Shown piece after piece: positions 51,840-61,633 of a stretch of DNA of 64,000 nt. The notes beneath the pieces were generated by a model. That model was not told the origin of the DNA. It saw nothing but the letters and a program-made list of their open reading frames with translations, and did no database searches. How positions within the stretch are numbered: position 1 is the first letter of the stretch; each line of letters starts with the position of its first letter. Location: contig CAVVXN010000003.1 in assembly GCA_963752285.1 (NCBI GenBank), positions 64,001 to 128,000 on the forward strand, given 5' to 3'. The translations under genes and the position numbers were made by a program. This DNA comes from an uncultured Planctomycetota bacterium (lineage in GTDB: Bacteria; Planctomycetota; PLA2; JAEUHO01).

Positions 51840-53093
51840 TCAGGGGGCCTTGTCGGGGGGGAACGTCAGGAGGTGGCCCAGCTTCTCCGCCTTGGCGCGG
51901 AGGTAGCGCTCGTTCTGGCTCGTGGCCGGCATCTCGATCGGGATCCGCTCCACGATGTCGAGGCCGTAGCCCTTGAGCGCCCGGTACTTGACCGGGTTGT
52001 TCGTGAGGAGACGGAGCTGCCGCACGCCGAGGTCGTAGAGGATCTGCGCGCCGACGCCGTAGTCGCGGTGGTCGGGCTTGAACCCGAGGTGCTCGTTCGC
52101 CTCGACCGTGTCCAGCCCGTCCTGGTCCTGGAGGTGGTACGCGCGGATCTTGTTGACCAGCCCGATCCCCCGGCCCTCCTGCCGCATGTAGAGGATCACC
52201 CCGCGCCCGGCGACCGCGATCCGCCGCTGGGCCGCCGCGAGCTGCTGCCCGCAGTCGCACCGGAGCGAGCCGAACACGTCCCCCGTGAGGCACTCGCTGT
52301 GCGCGCGCACGAGGAGTGGTTCCTCGATCGGCGGGTTGGGCTGGCCTTCCGTGGGCAGCGGGATCCCGAGGGTCAGCGCCATGTGCGGCTCGGGGTCCGT
52401 CCGGGCCGAGTAGACGAGGACGTCGAACTCGCCGTGGCGCGTCGGCAGGTGGGCCGTCGTCTCGAGGTGGATCAGGCGCTCGTGGCGCCGCCGCCACGCG
52501 ATGACGTCCCGGACGCTGCAGAGCTTCAGGTCGTGCTCCGTGGCGAAGCGCTCGAGGTCGGGGAGCCGGGCCATCGTTCCGTCGGGGAGCATCAGCTCGC
52601 TGATCACCCCGATCGGCTTCAGCCCCGCGAGGCGGCACAAGTCGATCGAGCCCTCGGTCTGCCCCGCGCGGCGGAGCACGCCGTCGGGGTGTCCACGGAT
52701 CGGGTAGATGTGGCCGGGCCGCGCGAGGTCCTCGGGCGAACACTCGTCCCGCGCGATCGTCTCGATCGTGGTCGCGCGATCGGCCGCGCTGACGCCCGTC
52801 GTGACGCCCGCGCGCGCCTCCACCGAGACCGTGAACTGCGTGCCGAAGCGGGACGAGTTGACGGAAGACTCGACCTGGAGGGGGAGCTCCAGCGCGTCGG
52901 CCTTCTCACGGGGGAGCGTCACGCAGACGATGCCGCTCGTGTGGCGGAGCATGAACGCGATCTTCTGCGGCGTGACCTTCTCCGCCGCGAGCACGAGATC
53001 GCCCTCGTTCTCGCGGTCCGGGTCGTCCACGAGGATGACCATCCGACCCGATCGGAGCTCGTCCAGGATCTCGGGGATGGGGGCGAACGGCAT
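51840..53093 (-). CDS. ribBA: bifunctional DHBP synthase / GTP cyclohydrolase II
   Basis: DRENEGD, TTGVSAADR, RAHSECLTGDVFGSLRCDCG, QEGRGIGL and LLTNNP motifs. Confidence 0.96.
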   Translation of the reverse strand: MPFAPIPEILDELRSGRMVILVDDPDRENEGDLVLAAEKVTPQKIAFMLRHTSGIVCVTLPREKADALELPLQVESSVNSSRFGTQFTVSVEARAGVTTGVSAADRATTIETIARDECSPEDLARPGHIYPIRGHPDGVLRRAGQTEGSIDLCRLAGLKPIGVISELMLPDGTMARLPDLERFATEHDLKLCSVRDVIAWRRRHERLIHLETTAHLPTRHGEFDVLVYSARTDPEPHMALTLGIPLPTEGQPNPPIEEPLLVRAHSECLTGDVFGSLRCDCGQQLAAAQRRIAVAGRGVILYMRQEGRGIGLVNKIRAYHLQDQDGLDTVEANEHLGFKPDHRDYGVGAQILYDLGVRQLRLLTNNPVKYRALKGYGLDIVERIPIEMPATSQNERYLRAKAEKLGHLLTFPPDKAP

Positions 53094-53253
53094 TGGTCGT
53101 CGGTTCCTCGGTCGGACGGTCGATGGTACGCCGCACCGGACCGGGGGACCCGCCCCGACCGGGGTCCGTCGCGAATCGCGCTCGAGACCGGGGAAGTGGC
53201 TCTCCCGGGGGAAGCCTTCGCGGCGTATGATGCGCCGGGAGGCCGGGAAGGGC

Positions 53254-53757
53254 ATGACGGGCGAAGCGAAGGTCAGGTCGGCCCGGCGTCAGGACACGGC
53301 CGCGCTCGCGGATCTTCGGGTCCAGTACCTGGCCGAGATGGCTCGTCTCGAGCCCCGCCTCCAGCTCCTGCCGGACGTGCGGGACCGGACCGAGCACGCG
53401 ATCCCGATCTGGCTCGACCAGGAGGATCGGATCCTCCTCGTCGCCGAGACCGCGGTCTCCGAGCACGGCCCGTCCGATCTCGTCGGCTACGCGACGGGCG
53501 TCTCGACGGTCTGGCCCCCGGTGTTCCGCAACCAGCACGTGGGCGAGGTGAGCGAGCTCTACGTGATCCCGTCCTGGCGGGGGCGTGGCGTGGGAAAGGA
53601 GCTCCTCCGGACGCTCTCCGAGGGGCTGACCCGGACCGGCGCGAGCGTGCTGCGCGCGCCGGTCGCGAGCCGGAACGCCGACAGCCTGGCCCGCTTCCGC
53701 GCCCAGGGATACCGGACGCTCCAGATCGTGCTGCAGAAGGGGATGGAGGACGTCTGA
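53254..53757 (+). CDS. GNAT acetyltransferase
   Basis: LYVIPSWRGRGVG acetyl-CoA-binding motif. Confidence 0.85.
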   Translation: MTGEAKVRSARRQDTAALADLRVQYLAEMARLEPRLQLLPDVRDRTEHAIPIWLDQEDRILLVAETAVSEHGPSDLVGYATGVSTVWPPVFRNQHVGEVSELYVIPSWRGRGVGKELLRTLSEGLTRTGASVLRAPVASRNADSLARFRAQGYRTLQIVLQKGMEDV

Positions 53758-54257
53758 TGGAGGGCGTTCCGATCCGCAACGCGCGGCGCGGCGACATCCC
53801 CGCCCTGCTGCTCCTCTGGGCCGCGATGGTCGAGGAGAACGCGCGCCTCGAGCCGCGCCTCGCGTCGCACCCCCACGCCCGCGAGCACATGGCCGGTCAG
53901 TTCAGCACGTGGCTCCAGGACCCCGATCGCGACGTCGTCGTCGCGGAGGAGAACGGCCGGCTCGTCGTGGGATTCGCCGCGGCGCGCATCGCGTCCGGGA
54001 CCGGATGGCACAAGCCCGTGCGCGTCGGAGAGGTGACGGACTGCTTCGTCGTGCCGCCGCGGCGCCGCCAGGGCATCGCGCGCCGCATGGTGGGGCGGCT
54101 CCTCGACCTGCTCTACGAGAAGGACGCCGAGATCGTCCGCTGTCGCGTCGTCGGGGCGAACGCCGGGGCGCTCGCGTTCTGGCGGTCCATGGGCTGGGAC
54201 GACCTCGAAGAAGTCCTCGAGAAGGAGGAGGGGGCCGACCCGGTCCCCGCCCCTTGA
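53757..54257 (+). CDS. GNAT acetyltransferase (paralog)
   Basis: FVVPPRRRQGIA and N..ALAFW motifs; TGATG overlap with the previous gene. Confidence 0.85.
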   Translation: MEGVPIRNARRGDIPALLLLWAAMVEENARLEPRLASHPHAREHMAGQFSTWLQDPDRDVVVAEENGRLVVGFAAARIASGTGWHKPVRVGEVTDCFVVPPRRRQGIARRMVGRLLDLLYEKDAEIVRCRVVGANAGALAFWRSMGWDDLEEVLEKEEGADPVPAP

Positions 54258-54377
54258 TCGACGGCCCTCGGCACCGCGCGCCGAGGCGGGTCGAGCCTCC
54301 GAGACGACGAACGGCGTAACCCATTGGACGCACGTTGGTTGTGTCGCCTCGCGCGCGCCCTTCGAGGTCGCCGCGCC

Positions 54378-54630
54378 TCGACTCCCGGTGTCGGGAAAAC
54401 TCGACGCGCCGCCGGGCGAGTTTTGGGGGCTCGCGGCCTATCCCACACGGCCGGGCAGGCCGATAGAGGCGGGCCGGCGAGAGTCGGTGGGTCCCCGGGA
54501 TCCGGGGGCTCGTCCGAGCCGAGGCAATCGCCCTGCAAGGTAACCTTCCACCACATCCCTTATCTCACAAGTCCCCTCGGTGAGGACGCCCGGCCCCGGT
54601 GGGTTTCGCCCATCGGGGCCATCTTCTTTC
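54378..54630 (+). ncRNA. candidate structured small RNA (family unassigned)
   Basis: No credible ORF; series of short hairpins, a C/U/A-rich unpaired tract and a terminator-like hairpin. Confidence 0.3.
54592..54630 (+). terminator. putative intrinsic terminator
   Basis: 12-bp stem ggccccggtggg/cccatcggggcc (one G-U on the + strand), loop tttcg, followed by atcttctttc. Confidence 0.55.
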
Positions 54631-54655
54631 CGCCCCGACGCCCGTTCCCTTCGTG

Positions 54656-55057
54656 TCACACGGATTGCGCGCCGGACGGGACCACCTGTCCCGCGCGCGC
54701 CCACGCCGCGGGGTCCGCCGGCGGGTCCGCGAGGTCGAGGAGCGGGGGTTCGGCGGCCCGGTCGGGCTCGCCGACGCGGAGCACGGCGCCGGCGCTCTCG
54801 AGCGTCCGAGCGAGCGACGCGAGGTCCACGAGCTCCGGCACCACGCCGAACCCCGCGAGGAGCTCGATCGTCCGCTCGACCTCGGGGGGGAGGTCTTCGG
54901 CAAAGAGCGCCGGGGCGCCGGGACCCGTCACGAGCACGCGGACCGGGCGATCCGCCGCGACCAGGGCTGCCACCACCCGGAGGAGCTCCAGCGCGCCCTC
55001 CGAGAGTCGGGAGGTCGCGAACAGCGCGACCACGGGCGCGGCGGGCGGCGCCGTCAC
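54656..55057 (-). CDS. DsrF/TusC-like small protein
   Basis: 'ELLRVVAALVAADRPVRVLVTGPG' resembles the DsrE/F fold; GTGA overlap with the partner gene. Confidence 0.5.
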   Translation of the reverse strand: MTAPPAAPVVALFATSRLSEGALELLRVVAALVAADRPVRVLVTGPGAPALFAEDLPPEVERTIELLAGFGVVPELVDLASLARTLESAGAVLRVGEPDRAAEPPLLDLADPPADPAAWARAGQVVPSGAQSV

Positions 55058-55368
55058 GGGAACAGCCCCCACAGCCGGTCGGTCGGGGCGAGGTCCCGGG
55101 CGAAGGACACGAGGCTCGACCAGCGCACCCACGCCGGCAGGTCGTCGGCCGAGAGTCGGCGCGCCCCGGCGCTCCGGGCGCAGAGCGCGACCTGGACGAC
55201 CCCCTCCTTCGCCAGCGCCTCGAGCCGCGCGCTCTCTGTCCAGTCGAGACCGGGGCCCGTGAGGATCGCGCGGCAGCCCCCCGCCGCCCGAGCGGCCGAC
55301 GCGAGACGGTCGAGCCAGGGACCCGCCCCGGGAGCGGCGCGCGGCCCGGCGAACACGGCAGCGAGCAC
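55054..55368 (-). CDS. DsrE/TusD-like small protein
   Basis: GGAGGAGG RBS before GTG 55368; 'VQVALCARSA..R' retains a Cys; C-terminal 'SSL..F....DRL'. Confidence 0.55.
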   Translation of the reverse strand: MLAAVFAGPRAAPGAGPWLDRLASAARAAGGCRAILTGPGLDWTESARLEALAKEGVVQVALCARSAGARRLSADDLPAWVRWSSLVSFARDLAPTDRLWGLFP

Positions 55369-55448
55369 GCGCGGCTCCTCCTCCGGGCGGCCCCTTCCCG
55401 CGTGTCCCGGCTGGTAGCATTCCACGTCCCGGGGGAGGGGGACACGCG

Positions 55449-56045
55449 TTGGCGGGACCGGACCCGGACCAGCACCTCGTTCGGGAGCTCTCGTCGAACG
55501 ACCCCGCGGCGAGACGTCGCGCCCTGGCCCGCCTGTACGAGCGGTACCAGCGCCGGGTCCTCAACGTCGCCTGGCGGGTCATCGGCGACTGGGCGTCCGC
55601 CCAGGACGTGACCCAGGAGGTGTTCCTGGACCTCGGGCGGCGCATCGGGAGCTTCCGGGGCGAGTCGGGCCTCTCCTCGTGGATCTACCGTGTCGCGGTG
55701 AACCGGGCGATCGACACCCGGCGACACGAGCGGCGCCGGCCGGCCTGGTCGATGGACCACCTGCCCGCCGACGACTCTGCACGCCGTCCGGACGGCCAGT
55801 CCACGAGCGTGCCCGGCCTCCCCGTCGACGACGGGCGCTCGGACCGCGTCCACGAGGCCATGCGACGCCTCTCGCCGAAGCACCGCGCCATCCTCGTGTT
55901 GCGCTACCTCGAGGGACTCTCGTACGAGGAGCTGGTGGAGGTCCTCGGGTGCTCCATGGGGACGGTCAAGAGCCGCCTGAACCGCGCCCACGCGGCCATC
56001 CGGGCCGAGCTCCTCTCGCTCGGGGAGGACGACCGGGTCAATTGA
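55449..56045 (+). CDS. ECF-type RNA polymerase sigma factor
   Basis: AQDVTQEVF, SWIYRVAVN and LRYLEGLSYEE...GTVKSRLNRA motifs. Confidence 0.92.
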   Translation: MAGPDPDQHLVRELSSNDPAARRRALARLYERYQRRVLNVAWRVIGDWASAQDVTQEVFLDLGRRIGSFRGESGLSSWIYRVAVNRAIDTRRHERRRPAWSMDHLPADDSARRPDGQSTSVPGLPVDDGRSDRVHEAMRRLSPKHRAILVLRYLEGLSYEELVEVLGCSMGTVKSRLNRAHAAIRAELLSLGEDDRVN

Positions 56046-56098
56046 GGACCGCCCCGCGCGTTCTGGGTACGGTCGCCTGACCCCAGACGGAGCCGCGC

Positions 56099-56674
56099 AT
56101 GCTCGACGAGCAGAAGAAGTCCCCCCGGGCGCCCGCGATCGAGCGCCGCCTGTTGAAGGCGCGGAGCGTCCTCCTCTTCGGGCCCATCGAGCCCAAGCTG
56201 ACCCAGCGTGTCATCCAGCAGATCTTCGTGCTCAACGAGATCAGTCGCACGAAGCCGATCCGCCTCTTCGTGAACAGCCCGGGAGGCTGGGCGGACGACG
56301 GCTTCGCGATCTACGACGTCGCGCGGTTCGTGGAGGCCCCCGTCTACACGATCTGCACCGGGATCGCGGCCAGCGCAGCGACCATCGTGATGGTGAGCGG
56401 CGAGAAGGGCCACCGCTACGTGCTCCCCAACGCGCGGCTCATGCTGCACCAGCCGAGCAGCGGCGCGCGCGGGACCGCCGCGGACATCGCCATCACGGCG
56501 AAGGAGATCATCCGGCTCCGCGAGAAGGCGAACGAGCTGTTCGCGCGCGAGACCGGCCATCCGATCGAGAAGATCCACAAGGACATGCAGCGCGACTACT
56601 GGCTGAGCGCCGAAGAGGCGGTCAAGTACAAGCTCGTGGACAAGATCGTGCGGTCCGAGAAGGACATCAAGTAG
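56099..56674 (+). CDS. clpP: ATP-dependent Clp protease proteolytic subunit
   Basis: NSPGG, AAS (catalytic Ser), MLHQP (His) and RDYWLS (Asp). Confidence 0.93.
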   Translation: MLDEQKKSPRAPAIERRLLKARSVLLFGPIEPKLTQRVIQQIFVLNEISRTKPIRLFVNSPGGWADDGFAIYDVARFVEAPVYTICTGIAASAATIVMVSGEKGHRYVLPNARLMLHQPSSGARGTAADIAITAKEIIRLREKANELFARETGHPIEKIHKDMQRDYWLSAEEAVKYKLVDKIVRSEKDIK

Positions 56675-56683
56675 CGCGGCCCG

Positions 56684-58102
56684 TCACATCCGGGCCAGCC
56701 GGCCGATCGCGCCGACGGCCGCGCACTCGAGGCGCGTGACCTCCGCCGCCGGGATCGCCTGCCCCGACGCGAGGCCGGGCTCCAGCCGGGCGACGGTCGC
56801 GAGGTCCGCCACGAGCGCCTCCACGTCGGCGTCCTCGAGCGTGCCCCGGGGCAGGGGCGCCTCGCCCCTCGCGCCCGCGATCGACCACGTCCGCGCGAAG
56901 AGCGCGAGGAGCACGGCCACCTCGGCGGGCCCGAGACGGGGGAGGCGTTTTCCGGCCGCGAGGTCCCGGGCGAGGTCGCCGGCGCTCCCGAACGGGAGAC
57001 CGGGGACCTCGTCCGCGAGGCCCTCGACCAGGCGTGCGCGGAGCGGCGCCTTTCGCGTCGCCTCCCGCGGGAGGGCGCGCGCCGCGTGCCGCACCGCGGC
57101 CGTCCCGAGGCGGGGCAGGACCCGCGACCCTAGAAGCTCCTCCAGCGCGCGGAGCACGCCGAGCAGCGCGACCGCGCGCTCCGGGGGGAGGCGCCCGTCC
57201 TCGTGGACGGCCGGGGCGCGGAGGAGCGCGCGGACGGCCGGCTCCGCCTCCGGGGGCAGCGTGCCCTCCCCGCCCACCAGGGCCGCCACGGCCGCCCGCG
57301 GGTCGGAGCCCGACGGGTCCTCGATCTCGATCTCGAGGCCGACGACCTCGTCGCCCCCGAGCGGGCGCGGTCTCGCGCGCGCGGTCGCGCGCGCGGGATG
57401 GAGCCAGGCGAGCACCCGGGCCGCGCGGTCCACGGCGGGCGGCGTCTCGCCCTCGCGGGTCCCCTCCTCCACGCCGATCCGCAGGCGCACGAGCCGTCCG
57501 CCTCGCTCGACGGCGACGCGCCACGGCCCCGCCTCCGGGAGCGCCGTCCGCGCCGCGAGCAGGAGGTCGAGGAGCCCGTGCGGGTCGGTCGCGACGGGCG
57601 GCGGGACCCGGTCGAAGGGGCGCCCCCTCGGCTCGGCCGCCTGGGCGAGGAGGCGGCCGAGGTCCACGGGCCGCGCCTCCGACAGGACGCGCTTCTCGTC
57701 GTAGGCGGCCTGGAACGCCTCGAGCCGCTGGAGGGCCGCCTCCATGCCGGCGAGCACGCGGCGGCGCGCGTCGGCCTCGGCGGCGCGGCCCGCGCGCCGG
57801 TCGGACTCGAGGGCCGCGGCCGCTTCGAGGTGGAGCGCGGTCGTCTCGGCGGCGACCACGAACGGGATCTCCGCCCAGCCGCGCTCGCGGTCGCGGAGGC
57901 GTCCCTCGAGGACCTGCGCGGCGCTCTCTCGCGCGTCGGCGGCGATCGCGAGGATCTCGAGGTCGGCCTCGTCCTTGAGGGTCGCGAGGCCGATGGCCTC
58001 GCCGCGCCACGCGAGGCGTCGCTCCTGGAGCACCTTTCCGAGCCGCCAGCCGAGGCGCCGAGCCCGGTCCCGCGCGACGAAGAGCTCGGGGCGTTCCTCC
58101 AC
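56684..58102 (-). CDS. hypothetical protein
   Basis: Long ORF with ordinary amino-acid composition filling the gap between clpP and polA; TAGGAT 6 nt before the GTG. Confidence 0.6.
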   Translation of the reverse strand: MEERPELFVARDRARRLGWRLGKVLQERRLAWRGEAIGLATLKDEADLEILAIAADARESAAQVLEGRLRDRERGWAEIPFVVAAETTALHLEAAAALESDRRAGRAAEADARRRVLAGMEAALQRLEAFQAAYDEKRVLSEARPVDLGRLLAQAAEPRGRPFDRVPPPVATDPHGLLDLLLAARTALPEAGPWRVAVERGGRLVRLRIGVEEGTREGETPPAVDRAARVLAWLHPARATARARPRPLGGDEVVGLEIEIEDPSGSDPRAAVAALVGGEGTLPPEAEPAVRALLRAPAVHEDGRLPPERAVALLGVLRALEELLGSRVLPRLGTAAVRHAARALPREATRKAPLRARLVEGLADEVPGLPFGSAGDLARDLAAGKRLPRLGPAEVAVLLALFARTWSIAGARGEAPLPRGTLEDADVEALVADLATVARLEPGLASGQAIPAAEVTRLECAAVGAIGRLARM

Positions 58103-58169
58103 CCCCGCATCCTACCGGTCCCGCCCGCCCGTTTGCGCCCCGCGGCGGAACCGACCACAATCGCCGCCC

Positions 58170-60962
58170 ATGGCCGAGCCCCTCACCCGCTCCGACCGGC
58201 CGCGCCTCTTCCTGATCGACGGCATGGCCCTCGCGTACCGCGCCCACTTCGCGCTGATGCGGACCCCGCTCGTCACGAGCCGCGGACAGCCGACGAGCGC
58301 GGTGTTCGGCTTCCTCGCCGCGCTCGACCGGATCCGGGAGCAGGAGCGGCCGGAGGAGCTCGTCGTCGTCTTCGACGCGAAGGAGCCGACCTTCCGGCAC
58401 CGCGCGTACCCGGCCTACAAGGCCACGCGCGAGAAGATGCCCGACGAGATGCTCCCGCAGCTCGCGTGGATCCAGCGGGCCGTCGAGGGCGAGGGCTTGC
58501 CCTTCGTCCGGGTGCCGGGCTGGGAGGCGGACGACCTGATCGGCGCCCTCGCCCGGCAGGGCGAGGCGGCGGGCCGCGAGGTGTGGATCGTGTCGGGCGA
58601 CAAGGACATGTGCCAGCTCGTGACCGATCACGTCCGCCTCTACAACGTGATGAAGCCCGGGCAGGCCGCCGTCGAGCTCGTGGGGCCGGCGGAGGTGGAG
58701 ACGCGATTCGGCGTTCCGCCCGGGAAGGTCGTGGACGTCCTCGCCCTGATGGGCGACACGTCGGACAACGTCCCCGGGGTCCCGGGCGTCGGTCCCAAGC
58801 GCGCGACCGAGCTGGTCGTCCGCTTCGGGTCGCTCGACGAGGTGCTCCTCCACGCCGGCGAGGTCACGCAGAAGAAGCTCCGCGAGAACCTGCTCGAGAA
58901 CGTCGAGAAGGCGCGGCTCAGTCGGGACCTCGTCACGATCGACGTGGCGGCTCCGGTCCGGCTCGAGGACCTGCGCCACGGCGAGCGAGCCCCCGAGCGC
59001 CTGAAGGACCTCTACCTCGAGCTCGAGCTCCAGGCGCGGCTCGAGTCGCTCGAGACCGTCTCGGCGCCCGTCACGGACGTCCGCTACCACCGCGTGGACA
59101 CGCCCGAGAAGCTCGATCGCCTGGTCGAAGACCTCGCCGCGACGAAGGGGAAGGGCGGCTTCACCTTCGACACCGAGACCACCTCGGTGGACCCGATGCG
59201 GGCGGACCTCGTCGGGCTCTCCTTCTCGTGGAAGGAGGGCGAGGCGTTCTACGTCCCGGTCAACCTCGACCCGCCGATGTTCGGCTCGACGGCCGGGCGT
59301 CGCGGGGGGGCGGACGGGCGCCTCTTCGACCGTGGCACCGGCGCCGACACCACGGCCGTCCTCGACCGCCTGCGCGGTGTGCTCGAGGACGCGGCGCTCC
59401 CGAAGTCGGGTCAGAACGTGAAGTACGACCTCCACGTGCTCTGGCGCCACGGGGTCCCGGTCCGCGGCGTGGCCTTCGACACGATGGTCGCGGACTGGTG
59501 CGTGGACCCCGGCGGGCGCACCCACAACATCGACGAGATGGCGCTGCGCCGCCTGGGCCTCCGGAAGATCCCCACCACGGAGCTCATCGGGAAGGGAAAG
59601 TCGCAGATCACGATGGCCGAGGTGCCCGTCGAGGACGTCGCGCACTATGCGTGCGAGGACGCCGACGTCGCCCTCCGTCTCGAGCACCAGATCGCGCCCG
59701 AGCTCGTCGCGCGCGGTCTCGACGGGCTCTTCCGTGACGTCGAGGTGCCGCTGATCCCCGTGCTGACGCGGATGGAGCACCGGGGCGTTCGTCTGGACGT
59801 GGCGCTGCTCGCGCGCATCTCGGCCGACCTCGGCACGCGCGCCGACGCGGCCGAGGCCCGCATCCACGAGCTCGCGGGGGAGCAGTTCAACGTGCGCTCG
59901 AACGCGCATCTCGGTCGCATCCTCTTCGAGCGCCTGAAGCTCCACGAGGCGTTGGGACGGCGCCAGCCGAAGCGCACGGCGAAGGGCACCGGTTTCGCGA
60001 CGGACGAGCAGACCCTGCTCGAGCTCTCGCGGCACCACGCGCTCCCGGCGGCCGTGGTCGAGTACCGGACGCTCACGAAGCTCAAGAGCACGTACGTGGA
60101 CGTTCTCCCTCTCGCGGTGAACCCCGAGACCGGGCGCGTCCACACGACCTTCCACCAGACGGGAACGGCCACCGGGCGTCTCTCGTCGAGCGACCCGAAC
60201 CTCCAGAACGTCCCCGTGCGCAGCGAGGAGGGCCGCGCGATCCGCCGCGCCTTCGTCCCGGAGGACGGCTGGTGGATGCTCTCGGCGGACTACAGCCAGA
60301 TCGAGCTGCGCCTGCTCGCCCACCTGTCGGGCGACGCCGGCCTGATCGAGGCGTTCCGCTCCGGCCTCGACATCCACCGCGCGACCGCGGCGCGCGTCTT
60401 CAAGGTCGCGCCCGAGGAGGTGACGCCCGTCCTGAGGAGCCGCGCGAAGGCCGTGAACTTCGGCGTCATCTACGGCATGGGCCCGCAACGCCTCGCGCGG
60501 GACACCGAGGTGACGCTCGACGAGGCGCGCCGGTTCATCGACCAGTACTTCGACACGTACCCCGGTGTCCGCGCCTTCCTCGACCGGACCGTCCGCGAGG
60601 CCCGCGAGCAGGGGTACGTGACGACGCTGCTCGGTCGCAAGCGCTGGCTCCCCGAGCTCACGAGCAAGGACCCGCGCGTGCGGGCGCAGGCCGAGAACGT
60701 CGCCGTGAACACGCCGATGCAGGGGACCGCGGCCGACCTGATCAAGCTCGCCATGATCCGCATCGACCGCCGCCTGAGCGAGGAGGGGCGGCGCTCCGCG
60801 ATGCTCGTGCAGATCCACGACGAGCTGCTCTTCGAGGTCCCGGAGGACGAGAAGGAGGAGCTCGGCCGGCTCGTCGAGACGGAGATGACGCGGGCGATGG
60901 ACCTGGACGTGCCGATCGTCGTGGACGCGGGCTGGGGGCGGAGCTGGGAGGAGGCGCACTGA
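58170..60962 (+). CDS. polA: DNA polymerase I
   Basis: 5'-3' exonuclease (LIDG, EADD, GDTSDN), 3'-5' exonuclease (FDTET) and polymerase (ADYSQIELR, KAVNFGVIYG, QIHDEL). Confidence 0.97.
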   Translation: MAEPLTRSDRPRLFLIDGMALAYRAHFALMRTPLVTSRGQPTSAVFGFLAALDRIREQERPEELVVVFDAKEPTFRHRAYPAYKATREKMPDEMLPQLAWIQRAVEGEGLPFVRVPGWEADDLIGALARQGEAAGREVWIVSGDKDMCQLVTDHVRLYNVMKPGQAAVELVGPAEVETRFGVPPGKVVDVLALMGDTSDNVPGVPGVGPKRATELVVRFGSLDEVLLHAGEVTQKKLRENLLENVEKARLSRDLVTIDVAAPVRLEDLRHGERAPERLKDLYLELELQARLESLETVSAPVTDVRYHRVDTPEKLDRLVEDLAATKGKGGFTFDTETTSVDPMRADLVGLSFSWKEGEAFYVPVNLDPPMFGSTAGRRGGADGRLFDRGTGADTTAVLDRLRGVLEDAALPKSGQNVKYDLHVLWRHGVPVRGVAFDTMVADWCVDPGGRTHNIDEMALRRLGLRKIPTTELIGKGKSQITMAEVPVEDVAHYACEDADVALRLEHQIAPELVARGLDGLFRDVEVPLIPVLTRMEHRGVRLDVALLARISADLGTRADAAEARIHELAGEQFNVRSNAHLGRILFERLKLHEALGRRQPKRTAKGTGFATDEQTLLELSRHHALPAAVVEYRTLTKLKSTYVDVLPLAVNPETGRVHTTFHQTGTATGRLSSSDPNLQNVPVRSEEGRAIRRAFVPEDGWWMLSADYSQIELRLLAHLSGDAGLIEAFRSGLDIHRATAARVFKVAPEEVTPVLRSRAKAVNFGVIYGMGPQRLARDTEVTLDEARRFIDQYFDTYPGVRAFLDRTVREAREQGYVTTLLGRKRWLPELTSKDPRVRAQAENVAVNTPMQGTAADLIKLAMIRIDRRLSEEGRRSAMLVQIHDELLFEVPEDEKEELGRLVETEMTRAMDLDVPIVVDAGWGRSWEEAH

Positions 60963-61257
60963 GGGCGCCGGTCCCGGTGCCACCCCGCGGCGCGCACGGG
61001 GACGAGCGCGCGCCCGCGCGCCGGGCGCCCTCCTCGTCACGAGTCGAGAGGGTTCGCGCTCTCGTCCTCGGGGGTTCGGGGGCACGCACGGTCCCGTTCC
61101 CTCCCGCCGTTCGTGGCTACGACGGGTGCCTGCCGACGTGCGGACCGCCGCGACGACCCGCGGGGGCCGCCCCGCGACGCCGCTCGACCCGGGACGGGAC
61201 GTTCACGCGAACATCCGCCCCGGTGACGCCGGCGCCGGGTCGCGCTATCCTCGCGGT

Positions 61258-61506
61258 ATGTCCGAGCGCCCGAAGCGACGTACCGAGGTCACCAGCGGTC
61301 TCTTGGGGATCGGTTTCGACGGAGCCGACGGCCACCGACGCGTGACCACGGGCGACAACTTCCTTCTCCTCGGCGGCAGCGAGGAGACGCACGAGCGCAT
61401 GCAGGACGTCGTCATTCGGATCAACCAGAAGCTGAAGCGGAAGGGGAAGACGCTTCGTGAGCTTTCGGAGTCCGAATTCGAGGACATCGCCAAAGACAGC
61501 CTCTAA
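61258..61506 (+). CDS. small conserved-looking hypothetical protein
   Basis: 'LLGIGFDGADGHRRVTTGDNFLLLGGSEETHERMQ'; normal amino-acid composition; TATCCT 6 nt before the ATG. Confidence 0.72.
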   Translation: MSERPKRRTEVTSGLLGIGFDGADGHRRVTTGDNFLLLGGSEETHERMQDVVIRINQKLKRKGKTLRELSESEFEDIAKDSL

Positions 61507-61509
61507 CCC

Positions 61510-61617
61510 CCAGCGGCGCGCTGAGGGCCCCGTTCGCGGCCCTTCCTCCTCCTTGCGTGCATTCGCACGCGGCGTCGTCGTCATGGCCACTCCTTGGGGC
61601 CCTCAGCGCGCCGCTGG
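61510..61617. repeat. structured head module, copy 2 (22-bp inverted arms around the same 64-nt core)
   Basis: ccagcggcgcgctgagggcccc (61510-61531) and ggggccctcagcgcgccgctgg (61596-61617) form a perfect inverted repeat. Confidence 0.9.
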
Positions 61618-61633
61618 CGTGGCGGCGGGTGCT

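Noticed and set aside
50926..51976. Multiple repetitive ORFs over array 1 (and 61421-62171 over array 2)
   Set aside because: They are open in nearly all frames because the GC-rich repeat lacks stops; the 49-bp period is not a multiple of 3 and the R/G/A/P-rich translations are implausible.
53094..53253. FMN riboswitch upstream of ribBA
   Set aside because: Only a vague GGGGCGGG resemblance; the conserved core is missing and a TACCAT -10-like box lies about 30 nt from the ATG.
54538..54553. tRNA/tmRNA 3' end (TTCCACCA)
   Set aside because: No T-arm GTTCRA or acceptor stem upstream.
61117..61595. AAGGAG + ATG on the minus strand of the head core (MTTTPRANARKEEEGPRT...)
   Set aside because: The two copies run into unrelated antisense sequence of different lengths, so a conserved peptide is unlikely. 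It cannot be fully excluded without Ribo-seq.
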